A stretch of 64,000 bases of DNA from assembly GCA_973895155.1 (NCBI GenBank), contig OZ316896.1:7635278-7699277 (forward strand), given 5' to 3'. Below are positions 37,156-50,762 of this stretch, one piece after another. Each line of letters begins with the position of its first letter. Position 1 is the first letter of the stretch. The notes under the pieces are model-generated. The model did not search any database. It was not told the DNA's origin and saw only the letters and a program-made list of their open reading frames with translations. Made by a program: the position numbers and the translations under genes. This DNA is from Marsupella aquatica (taxonomy: Eukaryota; Plantae; Marchantiophyta).

Positions 37156-39052
37156 AGTGGTATCAGAGCATGCCTAGGAGGTGACAAGGTTTTTTTGTGA
37201 CGGATTTTTTCCAGCGTTCATTGTCGATGGTACATTCAGAGTTTTGTCGCATGAAACTTGAATGTGTGTGGCTGTGCGGATAGGTTAGTGAGAGGGCTTT
37301 CTAACGGTGGTTGAACTCGCTAATCGGTATCCGTGGTGTGAAGAAATCAAAGTTTGCATCGTTCAAGGTTTATTCGTGTTCGACGGTATTTTTGGGGGAG
37401 AGACCAGGGTTTGCATTTTTCAATGGTGTGAGCTGTGCGGTGTGAGAGGGATTGCACATTATAGCTCAAGTTGAAGGTTGAAGCGAGCTGGTCGTTTCGG
37501 TAGCTGGATTGTTACCGAGTTGTTACCGAGTGCGACATGACGAGTGAATGAGGCATTCAGGTTTTTTCACAAGCTATGGAGCTTGTTCCCATCTGAACCT
37601 GGTTTCTCTTCGTGATGTCCAACTCGGTGGAAGAAACGCGAAGTGCTATGGCTCAACGGTTGATCGCGGCAAGGCGGTCGTTTTGAGCCCGGGATTGGCA
37701 CTTGACGCGGAGTGAAGGTGACACGGCGGAAGCTTTTATAGTGCTGGAGTTGCAGACTATGCCGGTGCAATTCGACAACTTTTCCCGTCGGCGGCAATCA
37801 CTTTACTCATGAGAAACGATGGCATTTAGGTGAGTTAAGCATTCACTTTTCCCGGGGGGAGTTTTTTGCCTTTAAGGGGGTCTTTTTGGGCCTTGTGTGT
37901 GGGTCCCTAGCAAGGATCCCTTTTTGGGTTTATCCTGGCCAAGGACCCACACCCTAAACCCTAAACCCAAAAGTCCCTACCCTCCTGATACTCCCCCTCC
38001 CCCGTGTATTCGCCCTTTCCCCCTGACTCCCATCACTTCAGGCGCAGCGGCGCCTCTCAGAGTGCCGGCCGGCACTAAAGGCGCTGCCTCGCGCCCTCCC
38101 ATTCTGGCCCCCCCCTTTAACCCTGCCTCGCGACCGGGCAGTCGCTGATCGCCCTACCCTTGTAATCCCGTGACCCTTGCCACTTGCCGGCGCCACTCCT
38201 CGGTACCCGGCGTCCTTTGAACCCCGGACCCTGTCTTTGGCTGCATACGCAGCCTTCGCCCCTCATACACCCACCCCTTACGCCGCCCCATGTACCCCCG
38301 CCCGAATACGGGGTTTTTTCTTGGGTTTTTTGTTTTAAGGGGCTTTACACTCCCTTAAGGGCCCTATTTTTTCTCTTTTTCCCTTCCCGCTTTTGTTCTC
38401 CTTGTGCTGGGACCTGCCGCCCTCCATTTTAACCACTCCGACAGGGGGAACGGCCCCCTGTGAGACCTGTTGGACTATGCGGGAATATTCCCAAAAAAGA
38501 GAGAGCTGTTTTTTGGCCGTCCGACAAAGATTCCATCCGCCGAACGGTAACTTTTTTGGTTCTTTTTTGGCGAGGTCGTAGCCACTGGACTTAGCAAATT
38601 GGCGGACTGATCACATCGCGATTCTGACAACGGGTTGTACTTGGTATTTTGGTTATTCCCTAAGGTGGTCAATACGGGGGAGTTTCCCAAGGTTTTACCC
38701 ACCCTGACCAAAATTTGAATAACTTTTCCGTCGAATTTTAATTTTGATTTTGGCTTTCAGTATTGGACTCCTAGCTTTGTGGGCTATGCGGCGGTGTTGA
38801 GTTTTGAGTCTTATGAGAAGTTTCAAAAAAAAAAATGTTTTTTTGTGATTGTTTCATATGAGTGACTCGAAGGATACTGGAAGAATTGGCGTCAAAGAAG
38901 CTTCAGGATCATGACGATCAGACGGAGAGTCTGAGGAGGAGTTGCTACCTTTTGAGGAGAAACTAGTATCACCGGTACGATCACCGGTGCGGCGTGCAGT
39001 GGAGGAAGCTGTACTACTACCAGAGCTGTCGATAGTGGGGAAGAAGAGGGAG

Positions 39053-40200
39053 ATGGCTAGATTTGGAGGAGTGAAGTTTGAGGTGGAGAAGTACGATGGT
39101 CATATTGATTACTTGCTCTGGGAGAAGCAAGTGAAGGGTGTTCTTGGAGCCATGGGTTTAGCTCATCTGCTTTCTTCACGAGAGTAGTATGATGGAGAAG
39201 AGGAGATTTCAGAGAAGCAGTGGAGACAAGAGCAGGTGATTGCTATCAATGCAGTGATGCTTTATCTCAAGCCGCACATCATCAACAAGTTGGATGATTA
39301 TGCGGATTGCGCATCACTATTCAAGGCTCGAAGAGAGAAGTACTACCGGGAAGATGCGTCAGACCGGCTGTACAAGAAGTCTCTCTTGATGAGCCTCAGG
39401 CTCAAGGAAGGGAGCAAGCTACAGGATCACCTGGATGAGTTTGACAATCTAGCGATGGATCTGTCAAACCTAGGTAAGGGAGTTGAAGATGAGGATAAGG
39501 CCTTGCTTCTGTTAAGCTCCTTACCGCCATCTTATCAGGGCTTGAAATAGGTGCTCTTGTACAAAGATCTTAAGTCCATTTTGTATAATGAGGTGGTGAG
39601 CTCTTTATTGTCTGATGATGCTCAAAAGAAGCTGGGTCAATCACAGACAGCATCTTCTTCTGGCACTGCGCTGAACATGAACCATGGGAGAGCAGCGCAA
39701 TGCTCAAATGGGCAGAACAGGTTTAGATCTATATCACAGGGGAGATCTAAATCCAGAGGGAAATCGCAAGAGAGAAAGCCTCTTGCATGCTGGAATTGTG
39801 GCAAGCCTGGCCACATAAAAAGGGATTGTCGAGTAAAGAACCCTACTACATCTGCTAACGCGGCATTGAGCTCGCATGAGGTAGATTTGCTCAATGATGA
39901 TGACATATTGTGATGCCAAGGTTATGCTCTCAACGTAGTGTCAAATCCAAGTAGTGATGACTTGATTCTAGATAGTGCATGTACTTTTCACATTTGCGCT
40001 AGGAGAGATTTTTTCAGTTCTTACACGGTTTCCAACGGATCAGTGTTGATGGGAAATGGAATCCCATGTCAATTAGTTGGACTTGGATCTGTTAGATTTC
40101 AGATGTTTGATGGTGCTGTGAAAACGTTGAGGAATGTGAGACATATTCCCAGCATGATGAAAAATCTTATTTCACCTAGAGTTTTAGAAGCAAATGGCCA
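39053..40200 (+). pseudogene. Copia gag (CCHC knuckle) and aspartic protease, with premature stops
   Basis: KFEVEKYDG..DYLLW, CWNCGKPGHIKRDC, ILDSACTFHIC. Confidence 0.92.
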
Positions 40201-43200
40201 TGTGACGCCGCCGGTATGGCGGTTAATGAGTGATTTGGTCTAAATGTGCTTAGCATGCGCGTTAGGAGTATCTTAGGCCGCTATTATTAGCATAACGACA
40301 GTATTTAGGTAATCATTATGGGTAGGACATCATTAGGCAATAAGGGGGAATTCAGGTTCGGACTGGCGGCGGGTCGCTATTCGCACACCCGGGTTACGAG
40401 CGTGGAGGGGCCCCTCCCTCGGGTCCATATAACGAACTTAAGGAAGCTGCCACTGACACGCGCTGACTCAGACCGGCGGAGTGGCCGGTACACCACAAGC
40501 GTGAGCGGTTCAGCCTATGGGCGTCGAGGAGACGTCGGGGGATCGACAAGCCCTCAAGGTATAAAAGGGGAGCCAACCCTTTGTAGTGCACCAGTCCATC
40601 AGTCCACGCGCCAGCTTCGACCCCAGCTCGCTTGTTCACTCTTAGTAGCTGTTGCTATCTCCTCTGAATGTCGCACACGATCCTCTCCAGTTCGGCCGTT
40701 CGATTCTGGACGCAGTTCCTATCTACCAGGAGACACTTGGCCGACTCCTTGAAATACGCCAACCCGCGCCGATTCGAAATCGAACGCGAGTACGAGAGAG
40801 CTATCCGCCTAGCCGGACGTCACCACTATATCCTTAACTTTGACTACCCATCTTAGAGCAAGCTTTACCGACCAGCAGAGGTATCTGGGTACTTCTTCGA
40901 CGGAGACAAATACATCGGTTTCTGGGAGGCATTGCTGCGGCTTCCGGACGAGGTCTTCAATATCCCGGGTATGATTGACCTACAACGACATCACTTCGAC
41001 CACATCCCCGCTCAGGTTCGGGCTATCATCAACGGCGAGTCCGGCACTACTCGTTCGACAAGGACATCTGCACTCGCTTCGGAGAACTTCTACCAGCACC
41101 TATAGAGCTTCATGGGAACTCGGCCATCAACCAACATGACCAACTCAGTCAAACCCGTACCTGTACCCGTACCCATGCAACCTCAGGCTCAACCTCAGGC
41201 TCAGCTTCAGCTTCAGCCTTAGCCGCAGCCTAGCCAAACCCCACCACCGATCGCCCAGCCAGCACAAGTATGCCCCATCATCAACGCTGTGGATCTTAGC
41301 GATGACGATGAGGCTACCCCACCTTGACCAGGCGGCCCAGAGGAACAAGCGCTCAGGGGGCCGACACTACATCGTCCCCACCCCCTGCTCTGACCCCAGG
41401 AGCGGCCCCAGCAGACAACATGGTGACCGTGGCCACCCCGGGCCCGTTACTAATGGCAGTGGCACTACCCAGGCCCGATCGGGAGGATGGGGAAGTGTCA
41501 CCTTCCCCGAGCCAGTCACGGGGGAAGAAGAGGAAGGAATCCGCCACTGCATCCGGGTTACCGTTGGCCACGGTAGCCGTAGCCAAGGTGACGATGCACC
41601 GCATGGGGGAAAACGTTCACAAAAACATCCTCCATCCCAAGCATGCGGTGTACCTCAAGACTCAGGGATTCGAGCACCTCGCCTCCCTCCCCTGGAACAC
41701 TTGCAGGTACTACGGGGAGGACATGACGGAGTTCGTCAGGAATTATGACGATGCACGTCAACATACTCGGCTGCGGGGAAGGAGTATGTCCCTCACGGAA
41801 GAACGGCTCAGGATGATCTTCGGGTTACCCGAAGGTGACCATCGAGTCGAATCACGGGCTCCCGGGGGCAAGGGAGCCAAGTACCAATCTTCAAGTTTTC
41901 CCTCAGAGGGAGCAGTGGACAACGGGTTTGTGATGAGGTCCTGCCTCATCCCCGAGATAACTGAGCGACTGGAGTTCCAGAGGTACGCCCAGGTTATCCA
42001 GGTCGAGAACTATCGACCTAGGAGGTGAGCATCGTACTTCGCCAAGAAGTTCCATGAAGAGATGGAGCGGCGAAGAAAGACGCTATACATAGGCGGGAAG
42101 GCGTATTTCGCTAGCCACATCGAGATCATCCTCGAGTGGTATGCTCGGTTTGATCGGCGAACCCTTCCCCGTGTCAACGTTACAAAGCTGGTCCCGGCTC
42201 GATGGGTTTTTCCGGCCTTGGAGCGACGACCTCAACCCGAGGCCCGAAGTCCAGCAGACACGCAGGCTTCACCCACCCCACCTCCACAGGTAGCGGTGGT
42301 CGTGGCCGAGGAAGTACTGGAAGGGTCGGTAACCGCACCCGAAGCTGCGATCCAACCGACCCGGCCAAATATTAGAAGTCGGTACCGCGGAGGCCATAGT
42401 CGAGCCCGGGTCTCCCAAAGACCCACCGGCGGCTGATCCGGAGAACCAGACGCTGCTGCAGGAGGACACTCCAACCCCTTCCAACACTACTTCCCCAGGG
42501 TTGGATGTCACTGCCCCGGCCCCCGCACGTGTTGACGTCTGCCCGTGCCCAACTCCGGACAGGCATAACCTGGATCATCCGGAACTCTTCGTGCCGGGTA
42601 CGTTTCTGAACGGGCTTCTGGGGGATTTCTCCCATCAAATTTCCCGGGATACCGGGGAGTTCATGGCCCGGAAGGTAGCCTGTTTCTTCAATCAGGAGTT
42701 GGTTGCCGCAGTAAAGGCAGGTCGGGCCCAGTCAGAGGCCCTTCAGAGGATAGAGCGGTACCGGGTGGAGTCCGTGTACCTAAAGAACAAAGTTGCAGCT
42801 CAAGAGGCTGAGCTTCTGCAACTACGACCCAAGGTTGTAGCCGCCGATGAGTTGTTAGCAAAGGCGCACGCTCTTACCGCCCTAGCCGAACAGGCCAAAG
42901 CTAGGAATGAGGCCGAGATTACACGACTCCGGAACCAGATTGATAGTTTGAAGAATCAAACTGTCACCTGGCAGAAAGACCTGGAGGAGGCCGAGGAACG
43001 GGCCCAACAGGACACGGCGGAGATAGCCATGCTGCAAGCCAAGGTGGCGTGGCTCCAAACCGAGGCCGAGAAGCAAGACCAGCTGGCGGGTAAACTGACG
43101 AGCGACGCCCAGCAGCTGGAGGAGGCATGTCAGGAGGTAGCAGAGGAGACGGACACGGCGAGGCGAGAGAACAAATCTCTGCTGGACCAGGTCCAGCTCC

Positions 43201-44176
43201 TCAAGGCGGACAATGATAGGCTTCGAAGGTAGCGGGATGGCCGCTCCCATTCGGGCGGCTCTGGCAAGCGTGCCAGGCATTAGCAGCGGAGTAGGAATAG
43301 ATTAGGATTAGGACTAGCTTAGTCAAGCTCTTGGGACAGGCACCTGCCTTAGGTACAGCAATGCTGCCATGCTGTCCAGCCTACGTAGATTAGGATCTTC
43401 TAATAAGACACAGCCGTTTTCCGGCCTGACTGTCAGCTTAGTTAGGACCTTAGTCAGCGAATCTTCGGCGAGAGGACACCCCGTCCCTCGTCCCTTAGTA
43501 TTTAGTGCACCCCTCGGTAGAGGCAGGGGGTTTTTAGTTTCAGAGTTGGACGTCCGCGGTATGTACGGGGAGTCCCAACCTCTGGGAATGAAAGAGTACT
43601 AAGGGGGGGGTAGGACTAAGCTCGTCGGGCGAGTGCGGAGCCGGGCTCCGTTGTAGTGTGCACCCTCGGCCTTGAACCTGTTCATTCCGGGGCTGTCGGG
43701 TCAACTAAGTGTACGCATATGTTCCCTTTGTAGTAAAATCCTTTCCCATCATTTTCCTTCATGTAAATCGAGATTGTATGCATGTGCACGTGTATGTGTG
43801 TGGGTTTCTCGTATATGGGTGGCAGCGCCAGGCCGAACGCACTACCCGAGACGTGCACAGGGTGCAGCCTATGGGTAAGTGGTTGCGAGCACGGGTTGAG
43901 GACCTGTATCATCGAATCCGGATCGAAGGCGGACAGCACGAAGGCTTAGAAGCCCTTAAGCCGGGGTCGGTCCTGCTATCGACTAAGGTACGTTCCGGCA
44001 CCGGAACACAAACCATACCTAGGAGGTGTCCGTATTTAGCAGTATGCACACTTAGCGCTAGTTTACGAGAATAAGGTGCATTACGTGCTTCCCTTCCTGC
44101 CCGAACCCTCAGATTTACGAGGGATGTGCCCGTCTAAGCTGAAGTCTGAGTTAAGGCAGAAGCCGACGACGTGACA
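40201..44176 (+). mobile_element. 3976-bp solo-LTR-like insertion carrying an ORF
   Basis: Ends TGTGACG...CGTGACA with 5-bp TSD GGCCA (40196-40200 and 44177-44181). Copia pol resumes after it. TATAAAAGGGG at ~40560. No internal terminal repeat and no gag/pol. Confidence 0.85.
40668..43232 (+). pseudogene. Accessory ORF within the LTR-like unit: Q/P-rich region, plant-transposon-protein-like domain, coiled coil
   Basis: GFEHLASLPW...MTEFVRNY...RLRGRSMSLTEERLRMIFGLP; heptad-rich 42501..43232; broken by frameshifts. Confidence 0.6.
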
Positions 44177-46210
44177 GGCCATCAGTAGAATCTTGCTAAT
44201 GGTGTCCTTCAGGTTTCAACTGGTACTAAAGTTGTATTGAAGGGAAAGAGACATAAAAATCTATACGTTTTGGAAGGCAGTGAAGTTTGTGATGAAGCCA
44301 ATGTAACCTTATCTCATGAGGAGATGGCCCAGCTCTGGCACTTCTGTTGGGCCACATGAGTGAAAAAGGTTTGGTTATTCTTCAGAAGAAAGGATTACTT
44401 TCTAATTTGCAATCTTATAAGTTGGAATTTTGTGAGCATTGTGTGCTTGGAAAGCAACACAGGAAACCCTTCAGAGTTGGAACTCACACCAGCAAGGAGG
44501 TACTTGAGTATGTACATAGTCATGTGTGGGGTCCAGCCCCTACTCCCTCACATTCTGGACGGTTATACTATGTCACGTTCATTGACGATTACTCAAGGTA
44601 TGTGTGGATATACTCAAGGTATGTGTGGTAATAAGGTGAGATATCTTCGATCGGATAACGGCGGTGAATACAGTTCCGGGGAATTTGGAACGTATTGTAA
44701 GGAGCGGGGGATTACCCGCCATCTCACAACAAGTTATATTCCTCAGCAGAATGGTGTTTCTGAGAGACTCAACTGAACACTATTGGACCGCTCGAGGAGT
44801 ATGTTGAGTCAATCATGCTTACCACATGAGTTTTGGGCTGAAGCTGCCAACACTGTAGCTTATTTGGTAAATTTTTCTCCATCCAATTCTATTGGATTCA
44901 AGACACCATTTGAAATGAGGTACGGGCGTCCAACAGATTACTCACATCTAAGGATTTTTGGATGTGATGCATATGTGCTTACACCTTCCCAGCTTCAATC
45001 CAAGCTGGAGTCCAAGTCAAAGAAGTGCATTTTCCTTGGCTATCAGAAAGGTGTGAAGGGTTATAGGTTATGGGATCTAGTAACCTATAAACCAATTGTC
45101 AGTAGAGATGTGTCCTTTAATGAATCCAGATCATCAAAGGAGGGGGAGAGTTCTCAGGACTCCAATACTGACAAGGGGAAATCTCCCATCCCGGACCGGG
45201 TTGAGGGGGAGATTAGTCATGATGATGTTCATGATAGGAGAGATGGAGAAGCTATGGGCTTGGAGTTGGTTCCTGTGATGGAACAAGAGAAGCAGATTGT
45301 TGTTGGGGTACCTCAAATTCAACCAGTAGTAGCAGCAGATCAGCTTGAGTCATCTACTAGAAGAACTTCCAGTTGTTCTACTAGAGCTCCTACCAGGTAT
45401 GGTCAATGGGCAGACTCATCTAAGTTAGATGATATTGACATTGCACCTGATGAAGATAATATGGCTTTGATCTTGGAAGAAGGAGAGCCTTCTTTGTACA
45501 GTGAGGCTTGTGCTTCAGAGCAGAAGCATGAATGGAATGTAGCAATACAGAGGGAGTTACAATCTTTGAGTGACAACAAGACATGGGAGCTAGTGGAGCT
45601 TCCAAGAGGTCAACAAGTGATGGACAGCAAGTGGGATTACAAGTGGAAGGATAGTCCTTCAGAGGGTGGAGATAAGATCGACAAGGCAAGGCTTGTTGCC
45701 AAGGGATTCACTCAGGAGAAAGGAATGGATTACAATGAGGTCTTTCACCGGTGGCTAAGTATTCTACAATACGGATCTTGTGTCAGCTTGTTGTGTTTTT
45801 TGGTCTAGTGATGGATCAAATGGATGTTGTTACTACTTTTCTCTATGGCAACTTGGAAGAGATGATCTTCATGAGACAGCCAGTAGGCTTTATGAAGAAG
45901 GGCCAAGAGAACTTAGTTTGCAGATTGCTCAAGTCCTTGTATGGATTGAAGCAATAGTGGAACAAGCGGTTTGATGATTTCATGTTTGCTCAAGGTTTTA
46001 CAAGGATGGTGTATGATCCTTGTGTGTATACAAAATCAGTCAAGAATGATATATATGGTTTCATCATTTTGGTTATCTATGTGGATGATATGCTGATTGT
46101 GGCTAAAGATCAATTTTAGGTTGACAAACTCAAGGCAAAATTGAGTTTTGAATTCAGGATGAAGGATCTTGGTAAGGCCAAGAGGATGTTAGGGATGAAG
46201 ATTTTTAGGC
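44177..46210 (+). pseudogene. Copia pol: GAG-pre-integrase, integrase, partial reverse transcriptase; RNase H deleted
   Basis: LGHMSEKG...[49 protein letters not shown] and YVDDML. The sequence jumps to the 3' UTR near 46210. Confidence 0.92.
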
Positions 46211-46401
46211 ACTCTGATACTCTGATTTAACAATGTGTGACTATATGGATTACTCATTCCTGTTTGGCTACGGTTTAGTTCTAGTTAACCCTTGTGGTTT
46301 TTAGGGGGAGACCTGGTTTGGTGATTGTCTAGAACTTCCCGCTAAGGATTCCATATGGTTGCATTTAGTCCAGTCCTTGAGATAAGAGTCAAGGGGGAGT
46401 T

Positions 46402-46749
46402 TGTTAGATATTGCTCTAGTCTTGTGACTCATGAGCTAACCATAGTTAGGCTAACTTGGATTAGGACCTAGCTAATGTTAGCGGTAGTGCTGTTGTGTAT
46501 TAACCCAGGGCTGATGCAAGACCCTGGTGGAACTTAGGCTCATTGTTACAGAGCTAGTTGAGAGATAGGGAGAGCTAGCTTGTGCTATGGATGCTTGGTA
46601 TGGCCTGTCGGCCTAGAGTGCAGTAAAGCTCTTGTGTGTTCCCGTGGACGTAGCCTCATGTGGAGGTAAACCACGTATCTTTCTGTGTTGACTCTTGTAC
46701 GTTAGATGGTTCATGGGCTTGTCGTTGCAAATGTCGTCTATGCTCAACA
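46402..46749 (+). repeat. 3' LTR of Copia element
   Basis: Follows the PPT, ends CTCAACA and is followed by TSD CTGCC. Confidence 0.95.
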
Positions 46750-46754
46750 CTGCC

Positions 46755-48167
46755 CCCGATACCTTACAGACTTATCGGCGTCTCTCATTTGCAGTTCTAC
46801 CAAGGTCACCTTGAATGCATACGCACGTAGTTCCACAAAAACCTCTGGGTATGATTGTCCATGTCCAATGGCGATTGCTTCATCTGCATCTGGTTCTACC
46901 TTCATATCTGCAAAATCAGTCAGGTCCTTTTTTTGGGCCGTAGGGATGGCACCTGCAATGAAATTTAGTGCAAGTACTTGAGGTTAATTCCAGGTTATTT
47001 CCAAGGTATTTCCAGGTTATTTCCAAGTTGCGAAAGATAGAACATAGTTCATTGTCAAAATCAATGGCACTGCGCTAACTAATGAATGGGAATCTGTCAG
47101 TACATACCTTCCTTGATTTTTGCATTTGCTTTCCTTCATTCATGCTTTCTGTTCTTGACAAACTCAAATAGAAAGCTTTCTGGCCAAGGCATCTCATGTT
47201 TAGATCCGGTTTCTGGACACTCAAATTTGAGAGGTGAAATTTTGTGCATTCTACTCTGAACATACAATCGACAATTCTCTTTCATCTTTCTGTCAGACTT
47301 GAAATCTGCACTGAGGTATTTGTATATCTCCTTGTCGGCGGCAAAATTTGCAAACCAATTCCTCACCGTTCTATAATTTGCCTTGTGAGCTTGGTGCACT
47401 TCTACATGCTTAGAAGCCAGAATGGACCGTCCTCCAGATTTGTTGGTCACATTGAAGATGTCCTTTGCCGAAGGATAGAACTGTGCACAACAGTGTCAAA
47501 ACACACATCAGCGTGTATTCAATCAAACAAAGAAACTACCATTGTGCATTGCATTAGATGCCTTCGTGTGATTATCAAAAGAGGTCCTTGCCGTGGTCGC
47601 AATGGATTTCAATAGGCTAATTTAATGTCACGGGAGACAAACAACTCACTTGATGATGCTTGGTAGAACCAATCATAGACATCTCTCTCTCCGGTGCATC
47701 AGGAGAGCGGGTATTTTCAGCAAGCCTGATGGACTTGTGCTCTTCTTCACCAGAGCTCTCCTTTCGATTCGTATCACGTTTAGATAGTGTCTTCATTGGC
47801 GGCAACGGTGTGGCTACAATGGTGATGGCTATAGCGGTGATGGCTATGTGACTCCGGTATTGCTGCTGCCGTTGCATTCATTCACCCATCTCCTTAACTT
47901 CATCCTGTGCACCCATGTCTTCATCCCCACACTATCAAAGAAAAGTTGCCAATCATCCCCATCCATACAGAAGAAGCTTTCCCCAGTAAGATCCAACTCC
48001 TCAATTTTGGGAGTGTACATTGTTGATTCTAAACATTGATCAATGTTTTCGATCACACAATTCCTTACACGTAAGCCTGCTCCATTCAGGCATTGCAACT
48101 CTATTTCAATCCACGTCGATCAAGTGTAGGAAACTCTGAAGATTGACTTCCCTCCAGGCGTACGCAT
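46755..48167 (-). pseudogene. 5' exons of the interrupted gene; N-terminal SAM (sterile alpha motif)-like domain
   Basis: ELDLTGESFFCMDGDDWQLFFDSVGMKTWVHRMKLRRWV resembles the SAM pattern (EIDG..LL.L...DL..LG....GHR.KI). Further exons at 47136..47450 and ~46755-46950. Confidence 0.45.
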
Positions 48168-50762
48168 AGCAGAATTACTTCCAATAGAGAGGAGGACTTA
48201 AAACAAAAAGGGAGTATTACACCAAGCACACTCACTGCCTCTCTCGTTCATTGTTCATTTGAATCGCCCGTCCACGCGTGTTGAAGGTAAAGGCTACAGG
48301 TTCATCGTCTGTTTAAATCGCCCCCCGCGCGTGTTCAAGGTAAAGGTTGCAAGGCAAGTAGTGCATGCCTTGCCCGCCTCAAAGCCGGTCCTTGTCAGTT
48401 TTGAACTGACCGCCCTGGTCCAAATTAATAATGTCGCTCTTCAAAATGCGATATATTCTGTAGTCCATTGCGTCAACCGCATCACTGATTTTGTTTCTAT
48501 CCAGCCAATTTAGGCCGGGGATTTAGGAGTTGCGGTCATGATTATACAACTAGGAAGTTTTCCCTCACTCTAGGCCTAACTCAAAAGTCCACGCAGTTTG
48601 GATTACTATGACAAGTTAGGACAAGATACAAACTATTCCCATGGAGACTAGCGCAGCCTGCACTTCGGGAAAGTAAAGCCGCCAATTGCGATGACCTTCG
48701 GATCGATCAGAAGCCTATGTGGCAAATACCCTACATAGGATACCAAGAAGATAAGGCTGGCCTCAGTTTCCCACCAGTTTTAGAGGGATCATTTCCACGG
48801 GAACGATTCCAAAGGTACTAAAGAGTGGAGGTCATTGACCGTAGCTCACACCTCCCACTCTAAGTGTTCGATCCTCCTCTATGCGAGAGACAACTTCAGA
48901 ATAAGTTTTACACATTCACGCCCGACAACATCATCCAAAATGTGAAAGTTCATAGGCCACCTACGGATCTATGTACTATGTGAAAGAATTCTCTATCAAA
49001 TCTGATGCCACCTTGTGCGATCTCTCGTAAAGTGTTTTGGATTTGGTAGAAATTATTGGCAGCACTTGGAGTCAATTCTTTTGATTGCAGTAGTTGATTT
49101 GAGTTTGAAATGTGCTCGTAGGTCAAATACATGGTTCTTGTATGCTTCAAAGTGAAAGCAGATCTTACCCAACCCTTTACCACCCACTTCTTCCTTAGCC
49201 CGGGCTTACTAGTAAATATCCTACATTACCATTTACGCATCCTTGAAACTCATCATCGATTTCACCGATCCCAAGGCTGGCCAGCCCCTGTACACCGATC
49301 CTTAGAAACCAACTAAACCATATATCTTCTTTGTGTCCGAGTGCTCTGATTGATGGAACAAGTATGAATCTGGATGTTCAATGATATAGACTCTGCGATC
49401 TATTTCATGCATTATGCATCATGCATCATGAATTATGGTATGTGGAATGTTTTGCAGGCTACGCAGGTCATGAAACAGGTAGAGCATTAATATAAGAGGA
49501 TGTGAAGAAGCGGATGTGACGTAGTTTGTTCTGCCGGTGCGAGGTATGTGCAAGGTATGTGAAGGGTATGTTTGGGGTATTTGTGGTTATGCTCGTTCCA
49601 ACACTAATGTTACAAGGTTAGACCTACATTTGAAGATGCAATGTACAGTATGAGAATGAACTCGGATATTTAGAACAGACCACACTTTTTGAGTATTTGA
49701 GATTACAGTTGAAGCAATATACATCATGAGCGCCATGCTAACAAAGGTGTTGTGGCATCGTCCGAGGCCGATGCCTATTTTGTGGCAACCGCCCGGGTTG
49801 CCTTGACAGGTAACCGGGTTGCCAGTATGCTGTCCACCCCCCCCTTGCCATCCGGTATGCCGTGGTAAGTTGTCGCAAAAGATAATTCAACCTTGTGCCC
49901 TATTTTATGCATATGGAAGTTGTCGTCTCTTTTTTCATGATTACTTACTTCTTCATTGAGTTGCAGGCGTTGCCCCGGCCTTCAAAGTGCAAACTCCATT
50001 ATTCATTTACATACTTACCCATCAATGCTCTATAAATATAATGAACACCTATTGGAACAAGAACACATCTGCCATAAATGTATTGTTTGGGGTCACATTG
50101 TTTTTACGGTTGTCTGTATATATGCTTGTGTTTTTTTCCCTTCCTGGTCGTTGGGATCGATGGAGCCGCGGATCCGCCCAATGAGTTTCAGGTGTTTCTC
50201 TATTTTTTTGGTTTGTTGATGTTTGGAGATTGGGGAGGGGCCCTTACCCAATTCTTTGTGAACTATGATGACCCACTACATGGTGTCGCTGCAATCCGCA
50301 AAAGCGCTATAGTGGTTGAGTTCTATTTGCTATCCTGTATCAGAGTTTGAAGTTGGAAGTTTTCCTTGAGATATTGCGCACAAATTGTGAAATGAAAAAT
50401 TGTCGAGACCCATTCATTGATTAAACACTAGCCGAGACCCATTCATCGATTAAACACCAGCCGAGGCCCATTCATCGATTAACACCCAATTACTTTTTGT
50501 TACGTTTTAACAAACGCATCATGGACATCACAACCTTAATTTAACAGATGCAGGTCCAGCCCCCCTTTACTGCACATTCAAAATAAGTCGACCATTTACA
50601 TACATACATTCTGCTCCCACTTGCCCCACAAACCAAGCATACACGTTATGCCATATCAAACCAAAATGGCAGGTCATTACATGGCCTGTAGGAACCTTAC
50701 AAACTAAAAGACTCTTGCCCAAAATGCCAAACCGTCGTACGTCGTGCTTGCATCTGGTCACA

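Larger units (their letters stand above)
36812..46749 (+). mobile_element. Ty1/Copia LTR retrotransposon (Tnt1/Tork-like), defective, with nested insertion
   Basis: LTRs at 36812-37155 and 46402-46749 (TG..CA), TSD CTGCC on both sides, PBS TGGTATCAGAGC at 37158-37169 and PPT AAGGGGGAG at 46391. Confidence 0.95.
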
